Source: Bdellovibrionales bacterium
GTDB lineage: Bacteria > Bdellovibrionota > Bdellovibrionia > Bdellovibrionales > UBA1609
Direction: 5' to 3'
NCBI GenBank assembly: GCA_965199825.1
Contig: OZ241329.1
Coordinates: 1,056,001 to 1,120,000 of the forward strand
Length of the DNA stretch: 64,000 bases
Shown: positions 1-8,037 of the stretch, one piece after another
How positions within the stretch are numbered: the first letter of the stretch is position 1
How the letters are laid out: each line of letters starts with the position of its first letter
Made by a program: the position numbers and the translations under genes
The notes under the pieces: generated by a model
Database searches by the model: none
Seen by the model: only the letters and a program-made list of their open reading frames with translations
Told to the model about the DNA's origin: nothing

Positions 1-26
1 CAAATAAAATATGCTATGTTCTAGCA

Positions 27-1187
27 ATGAAAACATCTTATGAGCCTGTGGTCATCATTGGTGCAGGTCTTTCGGGATTGAGTGCGGCGCTCGAGCTTGA
101 GGCCGCGGGCGAAAGCTGTCTGATTCTCGAAGCCTCAGATCACATCGGTGGCAAAGTCGAAACCACAAATTTTAAAGATCGCTATCTTCTTGATCGCGGC
201 TTTCAGGTTCTATTGCCCTCATATCCCGAACTCAAGCGGTTGGGAAATTTAGATCAAGAGCTGAGCCTTAAATATTTTAATTCGGGTGCACGTCTCGAGA
301 CCGACAATAAAACCATCACCATTGCAAATCCACTTAATCATCCTTTTCGAATATTTTCGACGCTCTTTGGTCGATACGCGACTCTCAATGACAAAATCTT
401 GGTGATGAAGCTGCAGTTTGAAGTGATGAGTGGCGATCCGAGTGCGCTGTTAAATCATCCCAACCAAACCACTCTTGAATATTTGCGCTCTTTTGGATTT
501 AGCCAAAAAATTATTACCACATTTTGGCAGCCGTTTTTTTCAGGAATTTTTTTAGAAAATCATCTCGAAACGGCCGCGGGATTTTTTCGATATCTTGTCC
601 GCATGTTTGCAAGCTCTCCTGTTGCTGTACCAAAACTTGGAATGGGCGAGCTTCCTAAACTGTTAAGCCGACGCCTTCAAAATTCTGAAATTCGACTTCA
701 GAGCGAAGTCAAAAATCAAACAGCCACTTCGGTAGAACTGATGGATGGATCAAAGATTTCAGCGCGAGCGGTTGTTGATTCAAAATCTTTACGGGCGGGC
801 CCCTTTGGAGCGGTGACCACCTTTTGGTTTTCTGCACCTGAGCCACCCTTTGGTGGGGCATGGCTCAGCCTCAATTCGCGCCCCAACTCAATGATCAATC
901 ATGTGGCGGTGCTTTCGAATGTCAGCAAAGATTACGCCCCAAAAGGCGATGCATTGATTAGCATCAATGTGGTTAAGCCAGAGACCTCTATAAACATTAA
1001 AAGTTTGATCGCTCAGGCTCGTGAAATTTATGGATCAAATGTCGACAGTTGGAATCATTTGCGAACTGATCAAATCTCTAATGCTTTCCCGCTTTACCTG
1101 AATCGTACCGACCAAGACACACCCTCTCAGCAAGGAGCGATGTTGCGAGGTAGGAATTTGGGGCGCTTGGTATTAGACAAACTCTAA
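27..1187 (+). CDS. FAD-dependent oxidoreductase (amine oxidase/protoporphyrinogen oxidase-like)
   Basis: N-terminal VIIGAGLSGL dinucleotide-binding motif, LEASDHIGGK and LDRGFQVL segments typical of the flavin amine oxidase superfamily. Confidence 0.85.
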   Translation: MKTSYEPVVIIGAGLSGLSAALELEAAGESCLILEASDHIGGKVETTNFKDRYLLDRGFQVLLPSYPELKRLGNLDQELSLKYFNSGARLETDNKTITIANPLNHPFRIFSTLFGRYATLNDKILVMKLQFEVMSGDPSALLNHPNQTTLEYLRSFGFSQKIITTFWQPFFSGIFLENHLETAAGFFRYLVRMFASSPVAVPKLGMGELPKLLSRRLQNSEIRLQSEVKNQTATSVELMDGSKISARAVVDSKSLRAGPFGAVTTFWFSAPEPPFGGAWLSLNSRPNSMINHVAVLSNVSKDYAPKGDALISINVVKPETSINIKSLIAQAREIYGSNVDSWNHLRTDQISNAFPLYLNRTDQDTPSQQGAMLRGRNLGRLVLDKL

Positions 1188-1200
1188 ATCCGTCTCTTGC

Positions 1201-1230
1201 TTGACACTGTTTTGCAAACACACGCACAAT
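1201..1230 (+). promoter_or_regulatory. Possible sigma70 promoter for the small ORF at 1256
   Basis: TTGACA (1201-1206), 18-nt spacer, CACAAT (1225-1230). Confidence 0.35.
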
Positions 1231-1255
1231 GCCAAAAACTTTCAAAGGATAAAAA

Positions 1256-1402
1256 ATGTCACACAATACAAAAGGCAATTCTAAAGATCAGCATCACAAT
1301 AAAGAAGTGAGCAAAGAGGTCGATCAAAAAACAAAAGAACAACAACATCAAAAGCACGAAGCCAAAAAAGAAGAAAAAAAACAGCACGATAAAATTAAAT
1401 AG
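1256..1402 (+). CDS. 48-aa very hydrophilic K/E/Q/H-rich small protein (below ORF-track cutoff)
   Basis: ATG at 1256 preceded by AAGGA; translates MSHNTKGNSKDQHHNKEVSKEVDQKTKEQQHQKHEAKKEEKKQHDKIK*; followed by a hairpin. Confidence 0.65.
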   Translation: MSHNTKGNSKDQHHNKEVSKEVDQKTKEQQHQKHEAKKEEKKQHDKIK

Positions 1403-1407
1403 ATTTT

Positions 1408-1434
1408 AAGTCGCCGGCCGAGCGCCGGCACTTT
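1408..1434. terminator. Hairpin between convergent genes, probable terminator
   Basis: AAGT-C-GCCGGC-CGAGC-GCCGGC-ACTTT. Confidence 0.45.
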
Positions 1435-1951
1435 AATTGGCCAACTCGATCGGAGCTTTGTCGTCTGCGCAAAGAGGCAACGCTGCAATCTGATGGTTCG
1501 CATCCCAAATACTGAAACGAAGATATTGGGTGTATCGGGGAACTCGGCCAGTCCCTCGAAAAAATGTGACCCGTGGTAAGGCGTATCTCAGCTCGGTCTT
1601 TGTGGCTTTATCAAACACCACATAAACTCCGGCTTGCCCGCGATAAAGGTTTCTTTGGCCGTCATGAGCGGTAAATGCAATCGCAGCCTTAGCCGCCAAG
1701 CATTCCTTATCAAAGCATCCATGGTCCACCACCGTGATGCCATCAAGATCAATACGGATGTCTTTGCGACCGGCTACCACAAGAGCTTCGCTTCCAAGTT
1801 TAAAAAATGCATCACGGAAGGCGTCTTCAGACAAAGGTTGTGCATGGATCACAGGTGCCGAATTTTGGGCGGTGGTCATTGGGAGGCAAATTTCAGAACC
1901 AAAAGCCGCCGACGTTCCCATACAAAAGATTGCGAAAATAAAATGCCTCAT
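1433..1951 (-). CDS. Secreted hypothetical protein
   Basis: Signal-peptide-like start MRHFIFAIFCMGTSAAFG; no recognisable domain. Confidence 0.6.
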   Translation of the reverse strand: MRHFIFAIFCMGTSAAFGSEICLPMTTAQNSAPVIHAQPLSEDAFRDAFFKLGSEALVVAGRKDIRIDLDGITVVDHGCFDKECLAAKAAIAFTAHDGQRNLYRGQAGVYVVFDKATKTELRYALPRVTFFRGTGRVPRYTQYLRFSIWDANHQIAALPLCADDKAPIELAN

Positions 1952-2110
1952 CAGTTGAACCTTTGCAAAAGTGCTGCTGCCCGAAACTAGGCTAAATCTA
2001 AAAAGGCCAACTCAGTCGTGCAAACTCAATGTTCGCTTAGAAAAAATTTACCCAGCAGTCGAGCGAATTTGAGCTCCAGTAAGGGTATTGAGATTGCAAA
2101 TGCTCGTATA

Positions 2111-2764
2111 ATGAAAAAATGGTTTTTGGTTTTGGCCTTTCTTTTTGGTGTTCCTGCTCTTGCCGACAGACTGCCACTCGAGGCCCTTTACAACCAACTT
2201 CTCGAATCCCAATCGTTGCAGGAACAAAATCAAATAATTAATGAGATCGTAAATGGCGTGTTTGAATATCCACCCACGGTCGATTCAAAAATTTGGAAGA
2301 TTCGATCTCTCAATGCTCAACATCGACAGCAATTGGATGGCAAAAAAGATCTCGATTTTGAAAACAAGGAATCTCGATTGATTGATAGTATTCTTGTGCG
2401 GTCTCAATTGAAAAAAGCGATGCTCATTGATCAAAGAAAAATGCTTAAAAGCTCAGGAACACAATTTTGTTTTGAATCTATTTCTGTTGGAGTTGTGGTC
2501 TCACTGCTTGGACTTATCACCCGGAATCGCAATGCGGCCCTAACAGGCGGAATGGTTGCGGTCGGAGGATGTATTGTGTCTCAACTCAGCACAGAACGAG
2601 CCATTTATATTATTGAACATCAAGAATCCAAACTCGAAGATTCAAGCTATCAAATTTTGGCGCACATTTTTGGGGTGTTAGCCGCAGACTTTATTCTTCA
2701 AGAAAAAGCCAATCATCATTCGGATCAACAAATTCTTTCGAGTCTCTCGTTACCCAATGGTTAA
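2111..2764 (+). CDS. Secreted hypothetical protein with Cys-flanked hydrophobic hairpin (paralog A)
   Basis: Likely start MKKWFLVLAFLFGVPALA at 2111 (ORF opens at 2018); aligns along its length with the next gene. Confidence 0.7.
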   Translation: MKKWFLVLAFLFGVPALADRLPLEALYNQLLESQSLQEQNQIINEIVNGVFEYPPTVDSKIWKIRSLNAQHRQQLDGKKDLDFENKESRLIDSILVRSQLKKAMLIDQRKMLKSSGTQFCFESISVGVVVSLLGLITRNRNAALTGGMVAVGGCIVSQLSTERAIYIIEHQESKLEDSSYQILAHIFGVLAADFILQEKANHHSDQQILSSLSLPNG

Positions 2765-2780
2765 AAATGGACGCCCACTT

Positions 2781-3458
2781 ATGAAAAACCTAATTTGTAT
2801 TCTGTTGATCTTTATATTCACGCCGCATGCCTCGGCTGAGGTGCAAGAGGATCGATCGTCGATTCAAATTCTATTTCAGCAACTGATCCTTGCACGCACT
2901 GCGGACGTCCAACATCAAACTGTAGGACAGATTGTAAAAGAAATTTATCGCGATCCCCAAAATAGAGAATCTCAATTGTTGTACATTGAACTTCTTAACA
3001 AAAAACACCTGAGAGAATTGAATGGTCGTGAAGATTTAAACTACAAAGCAAAATTTGACGAATTGAGAAATGCTATTTATTTTGAGGCAGAAGTCGACCT
3101 GGCCCGTTTGACCTCACAGCTGCAACAGATGCGCAAAATTAATAAAGATAATCAAAATTTATGTTTACTTGCGGCTTCGGCATTACTTATTCCCTCTTTG
3201 TATGGACTTGTAAGCAGAAATCCAAGTGTTGTTATATCGGCTACTTTAATAGCATCGCTGACGTGCCTTTTGACTTCACTGGATACGAACCTAGCATATT
3301 ATCTGATTGCTCATCCCGAAAGTCGGTCGTCTAATCCTGTCTATAATCTTATCAGAAAGTTCTACGGACCGGTTTCGGCCGATCTCGTGCTTTTTGAAAA
3401 ATCTCGCGGGGTCGCTGATGAGATTATTTTGAAGAACTTGTCGTTACCAACCATATAG
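2781..3458 (+). CDS. Secreted hypothetical protein with Cys-flanked hydrophobic hairpin (paralog B)
   Basis: Likely start MKNLICILLIFIFTPHASA at 2781 (ORF opens at 2757); shares LNxxHxxxLxGxxDL and ADxxLxEK...IL..LSLP with paralog A. Confidence 0.7.
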   Translation: MKNLICILLIFIFTPHASAEVQEDRSSIQILFQQLILARTADVQHQTVGQIVKEIYRDPQNRESQLLYIELLNKKHLRELNGREDLNYKAKFDELRNAIYFEAEVDLARLTSQLQQMRKINKDNQNLCLLAASALLIPSLYGLVSRNPSVVISATLIASLTCLLTSLDTNLAYYLIAHPESRSSNPVYNLIRKFYGPVSADLVLFEKSRGVADEIILKNLSLPTI

Positions 3459-3479
3459 ATAGAAATGATTGGGTCTTAA

Positions 3480-4145
3480 ATGTCCTGTGTTCATCTCCTC
3501 GCGACTTTATTCCTTTTGCCTTGTGTCGCTTCAGCCACAAATTTTTTAAAAGACAGGCTTAAAGATTACAGCTGCATGAGCTTGTTGGTTCCAATTTCTG
3601 AACAAAAGGTGGATCAACGGATACTTTGGCTAGCGCCAATCAAAGATCCCTTTCTCGCGGTTTTAAAACCTGACCCAAGTGAGACAGGCAATGAGGAGTT
3701 CGAGCGTCGCCATGCTTGGCTAGAATGGTCGCAGATGCTTGGACATCTGAATTCTGATCAATTTCCGCTGACTTTACATGAATTAAAACACTATTCGGCT
3801 TTGAATCTGAGTCGGCAAGATCAAACTCTTCCAGAAGTTTGGATCTCAATTATTCAGCCTTCGTTGAATGAAAAAACCGGTCGACTTCACAGTGGTGAAT
3901 TTGTGATCGAGGTGCAAACCGAAAAAGATGTCCCCAATCTCATACAAAAAATGTTTGAGCTTGCCCTTGAAGATTCTCATTACAATTTGTTAACTTCAAA
4001 ATCAAAAACAGAGGACGATACTTATATTTACTCGGCCCTTATCGATATTGAAGGAACCCCAGAACAAAGGTTTTTGGCCACTTTCGAATTGTACCAAAAA
4101 GTTTTAATCGAAGTCGAAGCTCAAGAGGGGCTAGGCGTTTTTTAG
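3480..4145 (+). CDS. Secreted hypothetical protein
   Basis: Signal peptide ending VASA, then SCMSLL motif. Confidence 0.6.
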   Translation: MSCVHLLATLFLLPCVASATNFLKDRLKDYSCMSLLVPISEQKVDQRILWLAPIKDPFLAVLKPDPSETGNEEFERRHAWLEWSQMLGHLNSDQFPLTLHELKHYSALNLSRQDQTLPEVWISIIQPSLNEKTGRLHSGEFVIEVQTEKDVPNLIQKMFELALEDSHYNLLTSKSKTEDDTYIYSALIDIEGTPEQRFLATFELYQKVLIEVEAQEGLGVF

Positions 4146-4146
4146 T

Positions 4147-4950
4147 TTATTTTGATTTACGGCCTTCAAATTGATCCATGCCTTTGTAAATACCAAACCA
4201 CGTACCCACCACTAAATCGAAGAGTCGTGTTGGCAATACCGCTTTGATAAATGGTAAAAAATAAATCAAAAATGGCAAGCGCAGCATGATCTGATTTTTT
4301 TTGATTGCTCGCACAATCGCTTTTGCAGTTTGCTCAGGCTCTAGCAGGGGCAACACAGGTGAAGCCACTCCTTTAAACATTCCTGTATCAATGTAATAGG
4401 GGGTAACAGTTGTCACTCTCACCCCGGTATTTTTCTGCCAGCACTCCAAGCGCAAAGATTCAGACCAACCAATCACTCCCCATTTGCTCGCACAATAAAC
4501 TGACATTTTTGGATTCGAAATCAGGCCCGCAGCCGAGGCGATGTTGACGATATGCCCACTTTTTTTATCAATCATTTGAGGCAAAAGTTCGAGCGTCAGA
4601 TGCATCATTGCAGCGGTGTTGATATTAAGAAGTTGGTCAATGTCCTCATGGCTGTGATCAGAAAATGTTTTGCCCACAACAATGCCAGCGTTGTTGATCA
4701 GAATATCAACTCTGCCGATATCCTTACAAATCTCGATCAGTTTTTTTGTGTCGGAAATATCGATCTCAAAAGTTTCGACTTGAGTGCCGTAGGCCGCAAA
4801 ATCCGAGCGCGCCTGATTGAGTTGCAATCGATTTCGATCAAATAAAATAACTCGACGAGCACCCTCATCCAAAATCTTTTTGGCGATTAGCCGACCGATG
4901 CCAGAGGCCCCACCCGTAATCAATACTGTCTGTTCGGCAATGGCACTCAT
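4147..4950 (-). CDS. Short-chain dehydrogenase/reductase (retinol dehydrogenase/17-beta-HSD XI-like)
   Basis: TGGASGIG, NNAG, catalytic YCASK. Confidence 0.92.
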   Translation of the reverse strand: MSAIAEQTVLITGGASGIGRLIAKKILDEGARRVILFDRNRLQLNQARSDFAAYGTQVETFEIDISDTKKLIEICKDIGRVDILINNAGIVVGKTFSDHSHEDIDQLLNINTAAMMHLTLELLPQMIDKKSGHIVNIASAAGLISNPKMSVYCASKWGVIGWSESLRLECWQKNTGVRVTTVTPYYIDTGMFKGVASPVLPLLEPEQTAKAIVRAIKKNQIMLRLPFLIYFLPFIKAVLPTRLFDLVVGTWFGIYKGMDQFEGRKSK

Positions 4951-4962
4951 CTCATCAATGAC

Positions 4963-5304
4963 TTAATAGGATGCGCCTTCGAGCGCGACCACTGTTGAAT
5001 AAATTTGTTGAACCAATTCTTCCGACAATAAATTTTGGAAAGATTGATTGAGTGCCATCGCTTGATCAAGAATTGAGTGAGCAAGTTTTTGTAGGTTATG
5101 GGATTTGTCTGCACATCCGTGAGGGATGTCATTCAGGAGCGTGGTTAGGTCCTCATCGAGTGCGTCACTCACATCTCCTTGCGACTTCAATAAGTCAAAA
5201 GTGTGGTGTGCGGCGTTTGCGCTTTGTTGCGCCATTTCGCAATCGGGAGTTGTCGCATTTGCTTTCAAACTAATGATTAAAAATAAACTAAATATCATTT
5301 TCAT
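4963..5304 (-). CDS. Small secreted hypothetical protein
   Basis: Signal peptide MKMIFSLFLIISLKANA; GGAGG upstream; two Cys. Confidence 0.6.
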   Translation of the reverse strand: MKMIFSLFLIISLKANATTPDCEMAQQSANAAHHTFDLLKSQGDVSDALDEDLTTLLNDIPHGCADKSHNLQKLAHSILDQAMALNQSFQNLLSEELVQQIYSTVVALEGASY

Positions 5305-5429
5305 CAGGTTCCTCCATCAAATGAATTGGTATTACTTCATAGACAGAAAATCAAAATTGCAACTTTTTATAAGATGGCCCGATGAAAAACGGCCCGAGAA
5401 ATTAAAATAATTCCTCAGGCCAAAAAAAT

Positions 5430-5663
5430 TTAAGAGTTGGTTTGGCCGCGACCTGTGGCCTTTTGAAGTTCATCGATCATCTCTGAAGCTTCAGCTTTAT
5501 TCAGTTGCGGATTAAATTCCTTGCCCGCTTCTTCACAAAGAGTTTGCAAGTAGCTGGCTTGTGCACCAGTCATTGCCTCGGCACCGGTCACCCACTGTTC
5601 TGGGTCTTTGATGGCGTTACCTTGAGGATTTGCTTTTGGATTAATTTCGGTTTCGTTTGCCAT
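5430..5663 (-). CDS. DUF3072 family small protein
   Basis: KDPEQWVTGAEAMTGAQASYLQTL...LNKAEASEMIDELQ matches the DUF3072 pattern; AAGGAG RBS. Confidence 0.85.
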   Translation of the reverse strand: MANETEINPKANPQGNAIKDPEQWVTGAEAMTGAQASYLQTLCEEAGKEFNPQLNKAEASEMIDELQKATGRGQTNS

Positions 5664-5672
5664 GGAGGCTCC

Positions 5673-6263
5673 TTATTCAAGTTTGGTAAATGTGTAGATC
5701 AGATTATCGCCAATTGGGCATACATCATTTGGAGAAGTTTGTACCTCAACCTCTTTAACAACCAAGGTATCTCCAAAAATTTCAAAAGTCGCGTCGCCCC
5801 CGCTTGCTTTTTCGTTATCGCTACCACAAGTGCTCTCAAATCGGACTCGAGAGCCGATATGGAGAGTAGAGCCATTAACAGTGTATTCATTTACTTCATG
5901 GTTACTGCACTGGTAACCCACATCCAAAGTATCAAGAGTCGATAGGGCAATTTTATATCCGTTCACCAAGTCGGTTTTTTCGGTACTGTCTTCTTGGGTT
6001 TGAGCTAAATCGATTGCCGCTTGAACTCGTTTTTTCATTTCGGTGATGTACTCTTTTTTATACTTAAGGCTCACATCCGATTTCATCTCAACCTGAGTAT
6101 CGGTGATTGTTGAAGTCAGGCTTAATTTTCCATCGGCATGAGGACCAAATGCTTGGTAAGCCGCGCCCGAGGAACATTCGGTTTTTGAAAGGTGCCAAGT
6201 GCCATTGAGTTCGCTTGCCGAGGCAAAAGTTGATAATGCAAAAATAATTAATGTGTATTTCAT
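5673..6263 (-). CDS. Secreted hypothetical protein, possibly lipocalin-like beta-barrel with helical insertion
   Basis: AGGAG then MKYTLIIFALSTFASA at 6263; LNGTWHL start motif and YTFTK end; four Cys. Confidence 0.6.
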   Translation of the reverse strand: MKYTLIIFALSTFASASELNGTWHLSKTECSSGAAYQAFGPHADGKLSLTSTITDTQVEMKSDVSLKYKKEYITEMKKRVQAAIDLAQTQEDSTEKTDLVNGYKIALSTLDTLDVGYQCSNHEVNEYTVNGSTLHIGSRVRFESTCGSDNEKASGGDATFEIFGDTLVVKEVEVQTSPNDVCPIGDNLIYTFTKLE

Positions 6264-6444
6264 AATTTCTCCTGTTGTGGAGGGCAACCTAACAAGGAAT
6301 GGGGGCCGACTCAATGGTTCAATTGTGGTTTAAAATTCAAATTTTGCCGCGGCAGTGCGAACGATGGTAGAAACCCTCAAAATCGCGTTTTGTTCTAATA
6401 ACTGTTTGACTGCATCAGTGATTTGACGCGAAAACCTTTGTCAC

Positions 6445-6536
6445 GGAGAGGTGTCCGAGTGGCCGAAGGAGCTCGACTCGAAATCGAGTAAGCGCCTTAA
6501 AACGCTTCGTGAGTTCGAATCTCACCCTCTCCGCCA
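6445..6536 (+). tRNA. tRNA-Ser (CGA)
   Basis: GGAGAGG...CCTCTCC-G-CCA acceptor, CTCGA-CT-CGA-AA-TCGAG anticodon arm, long variable arm, GTTCGAATC T-loop. Confidence 0.97.
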
Positions 6537-6726
6537 ATTCTCTTCTGCAGAATCTATCAGTTTTGCAGGGATCATTTTGTCTGATACCAAGGCTGTTCCA
6601 ATGGCCCCAACCAAATAGTAATTATTTAAATTTAAGGTCTGTGGTGCGAAAATTGCCCTCTTTTGTAAAAGAGCGACGTTTTATGGCGTTTGGAAGGGGT
6701 GAAACGCTTCGAGCCCTGCCCTCAAT

Positions 6727-6742
6727 TGGCAGTAAATCTGCA
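6727..6742 (+). promoter_or_regulatory. Sigma54-like -24/-12 element upstream of 6777
   Basis: TGGCAGTAAATCTGCA (GG-N10-GC). Confidence 0.4.
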
Positions 6743-6776
6743 ACACCGAGGTCAGTAATTTTAAAAGGATGAGCTC

Positions 6777-7217
6777 ATGTTAAAGATTTTGGTTTGTTGC
6801 GGAATGATTGGTATTTTTGGAGTTAAAAGCTTTGCTGGAATCAATCCCGATGAAAAAAAGATGATCGCTATGAAAAAGCTGAGCTTTATCGGGCGTCAGC
6901 AAATTGCACTTCAAAGTCTACAGGAACAATTGGACCGAGCCGAAGATGATCGCAATGGTCATCTGCTCATTACCACCACTTCAGTCATCACATTTGTATC
7001 TTCGATTTCTATCTTAGCTGCCTTTGAAAAAACCATAACCAAAAAAATAATCGAAAATTTCCTCTGGGCGTCTACAGGGGTTGTGGTGTGGGAAGGCGGC
7101 AAGCAGTTTCTGATGTTTGATCAAGTCAAAGTACGGCTGATACAAAAGGAAATAGATCGGGCGCAAGAGGAGTTGGCACTCGCTCGTGAGACTTACGAAA
7201 GCTTAAAGAAAAATTAA
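6777..7217 (+). CDS. Exported coiled-coil protein with hydrophobic segments
   Basis: Signal-like N-terminus, two hydrophobic stretches between coiled-coil-like regions; AAGGA RBS. Confidence 0.6.
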   Translation: MLKILVCCGMIGIFGVKSFAGINPDEKKMIAMKKLSFIGRQQIALQSLQEQLDRAEDDRNGHLLITTTSVITFVSSISILAAFEKTITKKIIENFLWASTGVVVWEGGKQFLMFDQVKVRLIQKEIDRAQEELALARETYESLKKN

Positions 7218-7224
7218 ATATTAT

Positions 7225-8037
7225 ATGTTTATGCCAAATAAGTTCCTATTCAACTTTATCTTGATTGGACTTACTCTTGGCGCGGTCCCATTAGCACAAG
7301 CCTGGGACATCAATTCGGCTGAAGCCGAAAATTATTCATTGATGCGGATGGACCCCGTCTATCTAGAAACTCGCAATGCATGTACAAATAATCCGGCGCT
7401 TATTGATGAGACTGTTGCCGAAACAAATATTTTTAAGATAGTTTTTGGAGCAAGTTTAGGCCAAGTTTCGGACGCACTCGCCTTTGACCCTTCAGCGATA
7501 ATTTCTGTTTATAAAAACAAAGGTCTCTCTCCGGTAACAACCAATCTTCTTCGCTATCAGCCTTTTTTAATTGCGGTAAACGACTGCTTTCCTTGGGACA
7601 CCAAAAGCCAAAATCTGTTTATTGCACGCTTCATTGTGACTGATGTCTTAGCAAAGGTTTCGGTTGCTGGAGGTCTTGCGCTCGCGGGGTATGGTGCCTC
7701 AAAAGTGACCAAGATGCTGGCAGAAAAAATTCCGATGTTGAAAAGATATGTCAGAGGGGGAGCGCTTCTTCTTGCTGTCATGGTATTTTTCGACATGGCC
7801 CAAAAACAACGGTGGTCTCCCACTGAAGAAGAAAAAACTCAGATGATTGATTTGGTAAAATCCAAAACCGATGGAGCACGAGAGAGTCTGAAAGAAGCCA
7901 ATCTCTTGCTTGAATCAGAAATCAATGAGATGAAAAATAAACTTGCTTCTCTCGACACAGAACAAAAATTGAGATTTGAAAAACTCAATAAGTTGCATCA
8001 AAGAAATTTAGATTTTTTAAATTCGTCACCTAATTGA
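7225..8037 (+). CDS. Secreted/membrane hypothetical protein
   Basis: Signal peptide ending LAQA, two hydrophobic helices, C-terminal coiled coil. Confidence 0.6.
   Translation: MFMPNKFLFNFILIGLTLGAVPLAQAWDINSAEAENYSLMRMDPVYLETRNACTNNPALIDETVAETNIFKIVFGASLGQVSDALAFDPSAIISVYKNKGLSPVTTNLLRYQPFLIAVNDCFPWDTKSQNLFIARFIVTDVLAKVSVAGGLALAGYGASKVTKMLAEKIPMLKRYVRGGALLLAVMVFFDMAQKQRWSPTEEEKTQMIDLVKSKTDGARESLKEANLLLESEINEMKNKLASLDTEQKLRFEKLNKLHQRNLDFLNSSPN

Noticed and set aside
1634..1990. Numerous 60-160 aa ORFs antisense to or overlapping longer genes (example coordinates given)
   Set aside because: These are shadow ORFs without RBS or motifs, lying over better-supported genes.
6509..6772. 87-aa ORF
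   Set aside because: It starts inside tRNA-Ser, covers the next gene's promoter region and has no protein-like features.
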